Positions 9,401 through 15,834 of a DNA stretch of 20,000 nucleotides are shown piece by piece. Positions within the stretch are counted from its first letter, which is position 1, and each line of letters starts with the position of its first letter. Below the pieces are notes generated by a model. That model had not been told where the DNA came from and made no database searches. It was given only the letters and a program-made list of their open reading frames with translations. The position numbers were made by a program, and so were the translations under genes. Source of the stretch: an uncultured virus (IMG/VR IMGVR_UViG_3300034375_008609) (Duplodnaviria; Heunggongvirae; Uroviricota; Caudoviricetes); the IMG/VR virus record IMGVR_UViG_3300034375_008609. One strand, 5' to 3'.

Positions 9401-11317
9401 AGTGTTATAAACATCAGCACTTGCTCTTGCATATGCAAGTCCTGCTGTAACACTATTATAGTTTGTTCCGAGAACAGTGTCGTATGCAACTGCTTCGGTT
9501 ATAAGTCTTACATCTCTTTCGCATTTTTCTTGATCGTATGACAAGTTTGTAAATTGTTCTGCAATGTATTTTATTGTTTCTTCTACAATAAAATCTTTGT
9601 TTGCAATAATAGCATCTTTTGCAGCAACAGCACCTGGGCTACTTGCATTTGTATCATCGTATACAATATCAGGTGCAGCACTACTGTCTTCGTTTGCAAT
9701 AAAGTTTGTAATGATTGCAGTTTTTTCAATTACATCGTATCTATACTGTTCATTTGCAGGATCACTGTCAGGAATACGTGCAAGTATTTCGTCTCTAGTT
9801 GCTTCAATTCCGTATATAGTAGGCGCCAACTGTTGGTTAAGAACTTTTGCACTATTTGCTCTAAGATAGCTTCTACCTGCTGCGATACTTTGATAATTAG
9901 TTCCTAGTGCAACATCACCCATAATTGCATCAATTATTCTTGCAACATCTCTTCTACAAACAGTTTCGTCATATATAAACGGCTGTTGTGTGATATTGTT
10001 GCCAGTTACATAATATACTGTTGAGTCGCCTTCAAACTTTATAATACTACCGGTTTGTGGAATATCACGCAAACTGTTCACTTCTATAGTTTGGTTTTTA
10101 ATAAGGTTAGCTGTTGCAGTTGCTAGTGAACTAAATCCGCCACCCACGAGTGTGATAGTTGGCACACTTCTATATCCGCTACCAGGATCGTCAACTGTAA
10201 TACTTGTTACTTCTCCTCGCAACAAATCAACACTTGCTGTGCCTTGTGCAGTAGTTCCTCCTGGTTCTTCGGGTGGATCAAATACTACTGTAGGTGTTCC
10301 TGTGTATCCAGCACCTGTGCTGTTTACAGTTACACTACCTACATTTGATGTATATGTTTGTGATGGTCTTGCAGTTGTATATACTTTGTCAAACAATCCA
10401 TCAGCAATAATACCATATGTGCCAAAGTCGCTAACTGAGTTTGAAATTGATAAGTAGCCACCTTTTGTAGCCATAAATCCAATACGGGTGAAAACTGTAA
10501 AGCAGCTAACAATCTGTGTATAGCCAAAGTTTGTAATATGGAAACCAATACCACCTTGAGCAATTTGCGTAAAGGCATCAGCAACGAAACTGAACACCAA
10601 AGAACGTTGATCATAATCATTACCATCAACCAACATACCATTGCCGCCGCCGTTAGTATTAACACGTTTTGCAAGTGGAACATTTGGATCGTTTTCTATT
10701 GGTCTTGCTCCTGCTGGAACACCTTCGATTTGTTCTGTAACAAAAGGAGTAAACTCTGTTCCATCGTTTAACCAAGGACCGTTCATGTTTGTGCAGTTTT
10801 GAACATATGGAGATACAGTTACTAATGCACCTTCTCTAATTCTTGCACACCAACCTGGATCTCTCAAACCACGAAATGTTACTTGGAATATATAACAAGC
10901 ATTATCCATTAAGAAAATATCTTTAGTAGGATTGTTTGGATAAATTTGACAGTTACGTAAACTATCACCTCTAACAGTCATACGCTCTTTTAACGTAATT
11001 GGATTGTCTTCGTAAAAATCGCCTGGTGCAAGTTGAATAGTTGCACCTGCTGGTGCTGCTTCAACTGCTGACTTAATTGTTCTTTTGGCTCTTGATGCGC
11101 CTGCACCTTTACCATCGTTGTCATCGCTACCTTCTAAAGAAACATAGTATATAAGATCGTTAGTTGGACCTGAGCTTGATCCAGTAACTTTCAAGTCACC
11201 TGCAACTTTCACTGTTCCTGTGGACGGTGTAAGTTCAATCGTGCCGTCATTGTTAATGATCAACTCGTTGTTGTCAATTTTTCTCTGATATATACTCTGT
11301 TTCTTTACGTATTCCAT
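3455..11317 (-). CDS. 2620-aa virion structural protein: N-terminal beta-helix domain, 10 phycobiliprotein-like helical repeats, fibre-like C-terminal region
   Basis: Uninterrupted ORF. Motifs seen: IYYVSLEGSDDNDG..KRTIKSA..GDFYEDNPI..GDSLR (beta-helix-type N-terminus); two V.SVTV...G.GY...PT.... repeats typical of T4-like aquatic phage structural proteins; ten CxRD repeats; GHAFEYVGAG..DQIGNFRVG; two DL.VDGGDITT repeats; LQIPVGTTAQR..GQIRFNT..FEGYDG..W; C-terminal YGGTGAS...IDGGSF. Confidence 0.9.
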   Translation of the reverse strand: MEYVKKQSIYQRKIDNNELIINNDGTIELTPSTGTVKVAGDLKVTGSSSGPTNDLIYYVSLEGSDDNDGKGAGASRAKRTIKSAVEAAPAGATIQLAPGDFYEDNPITLKERMTVRGDSLRNCQIYPNNPTKDIFLMDNACYIFQVTFRGLRDPGWCARIREGALVTVSPYVQNCTNMNGPWLNDGTEFTPFVTEQIEGVPAGARPIENDPNVPLAKRVNTNGGGNGMLVDGNDYDQRSLVFSFVADAFTQIAQGGIGFHITNFGYTQIVSCFTVFTRIGFMATKGGYLSISNSVSDFGTYGIIADGLFDKVYTTARPSQTYTSNVGSVTVNSTGAGYTGTPTVVFDPPEEPGGTTAQGTASVDLLRGEVTSITVDDPGSGYRSVPTITLVGGGFSSLATATANLIKNQTIEVNSLRDIPQTGSIIKFEGDSTVYYVTGNNITQQPFIYDETVCRRDVARIIDAIMGDVALGTNYQSIAAGRSYLRANSAKVLNQQLAPTIYGIEATRDEILARIPDSDPANEQYRYDVIEKTAIITNFIANEDSSAAPDIVYDDTNASSPGAVAAKDAIIANKDFIVEETIKYIAEQFTNLSYDQEKCERDVRLITEAVAYDTVLGTNYNSVTAGLAYARASADVYNTTSSTTGSQTTVTVAAYNYLKGLTLALSDVSADSTATTRVTAAWDEVIDIITGRAYNSATCRRDVGYIVDSVAFDVALGTNYNAVTTGLSYQRANSAYVLSAQFEQTKASYQYMKTLATGTYMSNATAEARSDAAFDEILDILENGQVSTDVSADTITWTDPGTNGSATNSRILLQANRDFIASEVNAWISANYPTFVYDTLKCTRDTKYIVDAISFDIQYGGNFATRRAADAYFEGTTSQLPESQRAITAAAYNNLASNIVSQIVIENYPGQTTTGNLGSSDEVDDAEGLVKIIADVITANSVSGMPALVEPTYTWAAAGIQTDVNSWKNAKTTIQDTVIKEITIGNITNADAITYPLPTGVITNRINARNQLIANRTFIKKEVRAYVNQQNPTLTYDADKCERDVGYIVDALIYDILYEGNSATRQTATSYFVGTSSQLGSTDETTATIQAYTHLQGVVTGVLLESALTKSPGNNEIQNTAGDPASATEVGSATSLIQIIIDVLTAGNLDSLPATNRAVTDWADASLQTAFGSIFGQQDNFAAASTTWILANYPNFTYDREKCKRDTGLIIDAVVRDARLNTNHNAIVAGQAYIRANASTVKDDQLPATILAIREAKRLALTYTTTDTTATTRVTDGFDTVLTLLEYQTLPSEGQTYPAPVPASQELIDAARQLQENKAFLQEEAIAYINNQYFVYDSAKCARDTQLILDAVCNDLITGSNYNSITAGLSYYRAVSAYVISDQITQTIAAITHLKGEVANLIASDSASVAICNALFDEIIDIIQNGTGNADALSFPNPSGNANRNNAQLQLQNNRTFIISELISWITTNLPNLTYDQTKCERDTGYIVDAVSHDIMYNTNLASIQNARSYFEGSASVLPYDQRDGTADALNQLGVILQQIVVGTYPGQNTSAGNASATEATQVNVLSTIVEDVVRANTLEILPTETAVDETGASSTRIASRDLIQSTGDSSSADLVQGVIDYINTNQNGFSYDQAKCRRDIGYLVESTTHDLLYTGNVSSLATARSYFLNGDSQVYGQENETADAITRVKTVAAQVIQGITVTPTAGNTETQSLVGPYGTSAEATTSNNLFNITIDAITAGNLLSTPNDQEPDTSWVTVSTNIALDALSTANTTIQQGVIDFIRDNIIGFSYNVAKCERDTKYIIDAALYDMMYGGNKQTRRAGEAYYTGTILAGITTAGSNADQEGVTEFAYKHLASIMSKIGQNQKVVASDDNSLTQTYNPTGGTSSATLSIENNVTKIAEVISQGIYPVLPNEIDHDYAANAETSANAKRELVLADAQAIEDEAIRLLNLTYGGVAELDVFPQITYVAENTLGSMQNVSTVSTSGHAFEYVGAGVTYNALPFFGGSAIAENEITETDNGKVFAGGTVDQIGNFRVGNFFNVNALTGAITLNAEEISLSGIASIGPFKRFGIPVGVELKEVSNSSDLRASTGASDINTVPTQVAVVNYVENRYLNKLTGGTVLGNVEIDADLAVDGGDITTTSTTFNLLNDNANILNFAGGTTNLTIGAVGIGTTNIKHNVDIDLDLNVDGGDITTNRIDTFNLLNANVQTVNAFGDATTITMGAVSTDSVFQVNSEIVIFNSVGTLQIPVGTTAQRGADSTAAIGQIRFNTTDETFEGYDGANWGTLGGVKDVDQDTFIRPETSPGADEDTLEFFTNGVERITLDPTTLSIKDSILTEFDNTTESTAYNVGAVTVAGGVGIARNLHVRGYISGNENDVLQLTEKATDEIFIPANTIRTTDSFKIISNESDSAADNIVDPIILAHHNQTGGAAVGAGIGLPFEQEITNNNYVTAGRIDVISTDVTTGDEDFDMVFTTRIAGASVEKLRLSETTSTFTTNVQIDQDLFVTGILDAAGFRGSIFADDSTEMLDAVNNRIIVTNLDAGTLTLVTDLEVQYGGTGASTFTTDGILYGNAQNPIQVTPAAGTSDASNSFQILTVTSGSDATPVWTDTIDGGSF
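5460..9975 (-). repeat. Protein-level tandem array of 10 helical CxRD domains (boundaries approximate)
   Basis: Cys codons at 9956-58, 9521-23, 9221-23, 8792-94, 8195-97, 7709-11, 7295-97, 6878-80, 6407-09 and 5927-29 (residues C454, 599, 699, 842, 1041, 1203, 1341, 1480, 1637, 1797). Consensus Y[DN]xxKCxRD[TV]xY/LI[IV]DAxxxDxxxx[TG]N. Confidence 0.9.
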
Positions 11318-11647
11318 TTATACTTCCAAATAACTTATAGTTGCGCTCAATCTATTTGAGTCAGGGCTATTCAAGACTACAGAGTCTCCTTCCTCTAAAA
11401 TTAGACGTTCAGTGTTAAACGAAAATGTTTCCTGAGCTGGCATATCAATTGTATTCAATACTTTGTTAGCGTTGCTTTTTGAACTACCACTTGGTATCAC
11501 ATGCATGTTAAAACTACTATTAAAACTTACATCACTTGTTGTAGCGTAGTTGCACACTACTATTGTTGTAATTGCATATTTTTTGCCAGCAGGGACTAAC
11601 AGTATCGTTGTGTCTGTTGCTAATATTAGGTTACTGTTAATTGCCAT
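11318..11647 (-). CDS. Small beta-rich putative virion protein (109 aa)
   Basis: AAGGA SD; its stop directly abuts the ATG of the 2620-aa gene. Pattern VPAGKKYAITTIVVCN...ERLILEEGDSV is of a type common in phage structural modules. Confidence 0.75.
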   Translation of the reverse strand: MAINSNLILATDTTILLVPAGKKYAITTIVVCNYATTSDVSFNSSFNMHVIPSGSSKSNANKVLNTIDMPAQETFSFNTERLILEEGDSVVLNSPDSNRLSATISYLEV

Positions 11648-11658
11648 TTGCTTTTCCT

Positions 11659-12696
11659 TTAAAATATAATACTATACAATAGTGCTTTGTTTCTACTAAT
11701 AATTTCGTCTTGCGTTGAGTTTTCGTTTATAAAATATATACCAGTTCCTCCGTCTGCTTCGGTTTTTGCGTAAATTTTTACGCCATCACTTGGTGCTACT
11801 GGATCTGTAATTTTTGGAAACAGAGCCGGAGTGCCAAATTCAACACTACCTGTTCCAGTGCCTTCTATAACAACGTTTGAGTTTAAGTTTATAGTTGAAA
11901 TTCTATTTGTTTCAATTTTAACTTCTAATAACTCTATACTTGCTTGATAAAATTTTGCAACTTCACTGCTATCTACAGTAATCATTGCTAAACTTTGACT
12001 ACTGGTTTCGTCTTGATCAGCAACAGATACAGTTGTATCTCCGCTTTCAATTGTATCAGTAAAGTTATAGGCGTTGTATGCTTTTACATAATCTTTTACT
12101 GCTCTAATGTTTGGAATAGCATCATCGTCATATGGAGCAGAAAGTCTATCTTCTAAGTTTACATTTGGAGTTATGTCATCTCCACTATAAGGCCATAGTT
12201 GTTTCTCATAAGATACTGTTCCTCTAACAGAAACAACATTTTGTCCTTCGCCTAGTAAAACTAAATCGTCATCAGCAAACGTTCCGACAAAATTGGTAAA
12301 AATACCTATTGTTTGATTATTGTTGTCTTTAAATACCCAACCACCTTTGTTAGCATCAACACCTCCAGTTCTTGAATCATACCAAGTAACATCTTCGTCA
12401 TACAAAAGTTTTGCATCTGGAAAATTACCTCGATCGATTATAAATCCTGCTGTGTTTAATGTAACACCATTTCCGGTTTCACCATTGTTAAGGACAATTA
12501 CATTATCTGTGATATTTAAATCTTGGCTATCTAAAGTTGTTGTAGTGCCAACTACGTTTAAATTGCCGTAAAAATTAAATGTTCCTGTGGTCGCAGGAGT
12601 AAGTCCGTCTCCAGCACGGAAATCTACAGTTCCACCATCATTAATTTTTACTCGATACAGATCAACGTTGTATTCACTTATCTTGGCGCTAGGCAT
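11659..12696 (-). CDS. Putative virion structural/fibre-associated protein (345 aa)
   Basis: AGGAG SD; motif GNLNVVGTTTT....LNITDNVIVLNNGETGNGV...AGFIIDRG typical of fibre-like proteins of T4-like aquatic phages; structural-module context. Confidence 0.75.
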   Translation of the reverse strand: MPSAKISEYNVDLYRVKINDGGTVDFRAGDGLTPATTGTFNFYGNLNVVGTTTTLDSQDLNITDNVIVLNNGETGNGVTLNTAGFIIDRGNFPDAKLLYDEDVTWYDSRTGGVDANKGGWVFKDNNNQTIGIFTNFVGTFADDDLVLLGEGQNVVSVRGTVSYEKQLWPYSGDDITPNVNLEDRLSAPYDDDAIPNIRAVKDYVKAYNAYNFTDTIESGDTTVSVADQDETSSQSLAMITVDSSEVAKFYQASIELLEVKIETNRISTINLNSNVVIEGTGTGSVEFGTPALFPKITDPVAPSDGVKIYAKTEADGGTGIYFINENSTQDEIISRNKALLYSIIF

Positions 12697-12712
12697 TTAA
12701 GTAACTCCTAAC

Positions 12713-13174
12713 TTATGACTGGCGAGGTAATGCTACACTAAGAGTCGTATTAGGGTTGTTACTATCTTCTAAAGCACTTGCGTCATAACCAATGTTATAA
12801 ATTGCTCCGTCTCCTGTAGTCACAGTTGCCGCTCCGCCGCTGCCTTCTAATTGCACAGTTCTATTGCGTAATTTTGTTACTTGATAAACTGTTGAATCTG
12901 AACCTACAGCATCGATTCTAAATTCGCCTGCACTCATTGCACCGTTTGCTTTGTTTACAAGTGTCATTATTTCGTCGCTTGCTGCTGATCCTGCTGCTGG
13001 TGAAAAAGTTCCTGTTGCATCAGAATCTAGTCTGATCATGAATTTTGCATCTCCAACTTGTTTTACAATGTGTGCTGCTGTTGTTGCTTCTGACCCGCCT
13101 GTAAAATAGTGGCGACTTACTGCGATACGGCCTGACCCGTATCCGATTTTATCTTTATTAATTGGACGTCCCAT
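12713..13174 (-). CDS. Putative virion protein (153 aa, MGRPINK...)
   Basis: Start revised from the track's 13252 to the ATG at 13174, which has an AAGGAG SD at 13181-13186. The upstream in-frame extension overlaps a structured leader. Function unknown. Confidence 0.75.
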   Translation of the reverse strand: MGRPINKDKIGYGSGRIAVSRHYFTGGSEATTAAHIVKQVGDAKFMIRLDSDATGTFSPAAGSAASDEIMTLVNKANGAMSAGEFRIDAVGSDSTVYQVTKLRNRTVQLEGSGGAATVTTGDGAIYNIGYDASALEDSNNPNTTLSVALPRQS

Positions 13175-13255
13175 TTTTTTCTCCTTTTGACGTTCTAGGT
13201 CTACGCGGGTGGGTCCGCATAAGTCCTCATCGAGAGGCTCTCCTCTTGACACATG
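13175..13255 (-). promoter_or_regulatory. Structured 5' leader with two hairpins (candidate cis-regulatory RNA)
   Basis: GC-rich relative to its surroundings. Hairpin 1: GUCAAGAGG-AGAG-CCUCUCGAU (13229-13250). Hairpin 2: AGG-AC-UUAUGCGG-ACCCAC-CCGCGUAG-A-CCU (13197-13227). Lies between a late promoter motif and the SD. Confidence 0.55.
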
Positions 13256-13263
13256 TATTTAGC
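13256..13263 (-). promoter_or_regulatory. T4-type late promoter (GCTAAATA)
   Basis: TAAATA core in an intergenic gap, same pattern as the other late promoter candidates. Confidence 0.6.
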
Positions 13264-13283
13264 CTTTTTGTAAAAATGGGTTA

Positions 13284-13475
13284 TTATGTGTCATGTTCTA
13301 ATACAACCGCCCAACATCTACCATTTTGCAGTTCGTATGTAAACAAAACTTTATCACCTATTTTAAATTTTTTTTCTGTGTTTTTAAATAAAACATCTTG
13401 TCTAGATTGTCCAAACTCTTTAGGTCTAATACTTCCTGTGTTGCCAGTAAATTTGTATACTTGTCCTTTAAACAT
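13284..13475 (-). CDS. Degenerate cold-shock-domain (OB-fold)-like protein, 63 aa
   Basis: AAGGAG SD and own promoter motif. MFKGQVYKF..NTGSIRP.....DVLF......KIGDKVLFTYE..NGRCWAVVL follows the CspA pattern (G.VKWF...GFGFI.P.....DVF......L.EGQKV.F......GP.A.NV) with eroded RNP1/RNP2 aromatics. Confidence 0.6.
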   Translation of the reverse strand: MFKGQVYKFTGNTGSIRPKEFGQSRQDVLFKNTEKKFKIGDKVLFTYELQNGRCWAVVLEHDT

Positions 13476-13492
13476 TGCGATTCTCCTTGCAG

Positions 13493-13500
13493 TATTTACT
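13493..13500 (-). promoter_or_regulatory. T4-type late promoter (AGTAAATA)
   Basis: TAAATA core just after the capsid terminator and just before the SD of the 63-aa gene. Confidence 0.6.
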
Positions 13501-13501
13501 C

Positions 13502-13529
13502 AATAAAATAGGCCCCGTAGGGCCTATTT
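13502..13529 (-). terminator. Rho-independent terminator after the major capsid gene
   Basis: AAATAGGCCC-TACG-GGGCCTATTT then TATT on the minus strand: perfect 10-bp stem with a C(UACG)G UNCG tetraloop, as typical of T4-like phages. Confidence 0.85.
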
Positions 13530-13554
13530 GTTAAGTTTTTAAAGTTTGTATAAC

Positions 13555-14727
13555 TTAGCTGAAGCTTAGGTTTGCAGTTGTTACTGCAACTTTGCTTAGG
13601 TAATCAGCTGCGTTACCAAGAGACGAAGCTGTGTTGTTTAACTCAACATATCCGTAACGAGTCATAAATGATACAACTGGCTCGAATGTGTCTGGGTCAA
13701 GCACAACACCACTGCTCATCAATGGAATGTATGGGCAGTAGAACGCTGCTGCGTCTGATTCGCTTGTGCCTTTGTAGCCAACAAGAACATCATCTGAAGA
13801 TGCATATGTGTTTACATATACTTTCATTGCGTTGTTCAATGTTCCAACTAGTTTTGTGTTAGTTGGTGCTTCAAAAGTTCCTTCAGTTGTTCTTGCGAAA
13901 GCTGAAGTTGTTGCTGATTGCAGGATTGTCAATACAGTTGGTGAAACAACAGCCCAGTTACCTGCGCCTCTGCGTGTGCGCTGAGCAATTAGGTTTGACA
14001 CTTTGTTGATTTGAACTGCAAGAGCTGCATGTTCGTCGCCAACAAATGTTGCTGTCCCTGATACACCTGCTTGGTTGTATGTTTCAGCTGCTGAGCCTGC
14101 CAATGATGTTAGGCTTGCAATTACTTCTTGGTCGATTTCAGCAGTAATCTCTTGAGCAAGTGCTGCCATGATTTCTGCTTCTACGTCGATACCATGCTGT
14201 GACTGAGCGTCTTGAGCTGCTTCGAATGTCCAACGTGCGCTTAGTTTGCGTGATTTGGCTTCGACTGTTTGCTTCAAGATTTGGATGCTTAGTCTGTTAC
14301 CAGCTGCACCTTCAAGTGCAGATGTAGCTGCTGCTTTATCATCAGCTGCACCAGAATAACCTTCAGCAATTTTGAATGGGCTAAGAGCTTCATCGCCTGC
14401 TGCGGCATCTGTTCCACTTGTTGAGTTGAATGCGTCTGCATAACGAACTCTCAATGTGTGGATTTGACCAACTGGACCAGTCATTGGCTGAACGCCGACC
14501 AACTCGTTAGCAATAACGGTTGGCATAACACGTCTGATCACTGGGAGGATCACACGGTTTAATGTTGCGACATTACCAGCAGAAGTAGCACCAGCTGTTG
14601 CAGTCTCCATCAAATGCTTACGAGTATTTTCAAGAGTTGTTTCCATAACAGCTTTTTTGTTGCCTTTTAGGCCTTCAGTCAAGGCACTTTTTGTCTCCTG
14701 CCAGCGACTTTCTAATAGTTCTGACAT
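13555..14727 (-). CDS. gp23: Major capsid protein (T4 gp23-like), 390 aa
   Basis: Motifs RRVMPTVIANELVGVQPMTGPVGQI, VEAKSRKLSARWTFEAAQD, AQEITAEIDQE, VGYKG..ESDAAAFYCPYIPL and DPDTFEPVVSFMTRYG; AGGAG SD; follows protease and scaffold. Confidence 0.97.
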   Translation of the reverse strand: MSELLESRWQETKSALTEGLKGNKKAVMETTLENTRKHLMETATAGATSAGNVATLNRVILPVIRRVMPTVIANELVGVQPMTGPVGQIHTLRVRYADAFNSTSGTDAAAGDEALSPFKIAEGYSGAADDKAAATSALEGAAGNRLSIQILKQTVEAKSRKLSARWTFEAAQDAQSQHGIDVEAEIMAALAQEITAEIDQEVIASLTSLAGSAAETYNQAGVSGTATFVGDEHAALAVQINKVSNLIAQRTRRGAGNWAVVSPTVLTILQSATTSAFARTTEGTFEAPTNTKLVGTLNNAMKVYVNTYASSDDVLVGYKGTSESDAAAFYCPYIPLMSSGVVLDPDTFEPVVSFMTRYGYVELNNTASSLGNAADYLSKVAVTTANLSFS

Positions 14728-14737
14728 TTTCTTCTCC

Positions 14738-15823
14738 TTATATTCCAGCCAAGCGTTTAATGTCTACGACATTGTGATCGCTTGGTGAGTTAGAACTTTG
14801 TGTTTCTTTATTGCCTGTAATTTCTTTTGCCTCTGTAAGCTGTGCCTTCTGCTTTGCTGGACTATTGCCATCAATTACTGATGGAAGATACTTATCAAAT
14901 GCAGAACGTAGTTTTGCAGTTTGAACTGATTCCAGTAAGTCTGTCATAATGTCTTTTTGGTCCTTGCTTAAAGGTCCAATAAGTTCGTTCATTACTTTTG
15001 AACGTTCTTGTGCTTCGACTAGACGCTTAACCTCTGCATCTCTTGCTTCTGCAATAGTTTTAGCTTTTATTGCTAATTCTTTTGCTTCTGCAATTTGTTT
15101 GTCTTTCGCATCAACAACTTTCAATAACTTTTTGGCTTCTGATTTTTCGTTTAGGTGTGAACCCATGTATTCATTAGCAAATGCTTCAAAAATCTTTCTA
15201 CCAAAATCATTTTGACGTGCTGCGTCAATATCTTCTTTAAGTTGACTAATTTCTCCACGTAGGGCTGAGTCAACTGTTTCAGAGATTGCTTTAGCACTTC
15301 TTTCGATAAAGTTTTTGCGGACTTTATCGAAGTGTGCCTTACCTTCGCGCACTAGGCGCACTTTTGTTTCAGCAAGGTCTTTTTTGTCTTCATTAAACTC
15401 TGCAATTTCTTTTGCAAGTTGTTCAACAACAAATTCTTCAAGCACGGTAAACTTGTTAGCCATAGCTTTTTGATCTTCGTGTAGTTCTCCGACCTCTTTA
15501 GCTAATGTTTCTGTTACAAACTTATTCATCAAGTTTGCATTTTCTTTCATAGCTACTGCATATTTTGCTTTTTGTTCAGCAAGTTGCTTACGGTCTTCTG
15601 CAAACTCAGCCATTTCTTCAGTTAACTTTTCAGTTACCATAGTATCAATAGCTTCAATCATCACACCTTTATCGTGCTCATATTTTTTTGCAAATTCCTC
15701 ACGAAGTTCACTAGTAACAGCAAGGCGGTTTTCTTCCACTTTACTATTCCACGCTTCTTCAATTTCTTGTTTCATTGCTTCTGAAATTACATCGCTTTCT
15801 AAAAGGGATTTTAGTGCTTCCAT
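14738..15823 (-). CDS. gp22: Prohead core scaffold protein (T4 gp22-like)
   Basis: Glu/Lys/Ala-rich coiled-coil protein between protease and capsid genes; GRKIFEAF motif; multiple LxE sites. Confidence 0.85.
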   Translation of the reverse strand: MEALKSLLESDVISEAMKQEIEEAWNSKVEENRLAVTSELREEFAKKYEHDKGVMIEAIDTMVTEKLTEEMAEFAEDRKQLAEQKAKYAVAMKENANLMNKFVTETLAKEVGELHEDQKAMANKFTVLEEFVVEQLAKEIAEFNEDKKDLAETKVRLVREGKAHFDKVRKNFIERSAKAISETVDSALRGEISQLKEDIDAARQNDFGRKIFEAFANEYMGSHLNEKSEAKKLLKVVDAKDKQIAEAKELAIKAKTIAEARDAEVKRLVEAQERSKVMNELIGPLSKDQKDIMTDLLESVQTAKLRSAFDKYLPSVIDGNSPAKQKAQLTEAKEITGNKETQSSNSPSDHNVVDIKRLAGI

Positions 15824-15834
15824 TATTTTCTCCT

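Noticed and set aside
5460..9975. Repeats as heme-c (CxxCH) or canonical heme-globin domains
   Set aside because: No CxxCH motif, and no His conserved across all repeats to act as a proximal ligand.
437..10771. Many short plus-strand and alternative-frame ORFs within the two giant genes
   Set aside because: Fully nested in or antisense to long genuine ORFs, with shadow-like composition and no recognisable motifs.
12698..12715. Small hairpin TAAGT...ACTTA around the SD of the 345-aa gene
   Set aside because: Only a 5-bp AT-rich stem, easily arising by chance.
13175..13252. 26-aa N-terminal extension of the MGRPINK gene given in the track
   Set aside because: Non-ATG start with no SD, only a few nt from the promoter motif; a strong SD precedes the ATG at 13174.
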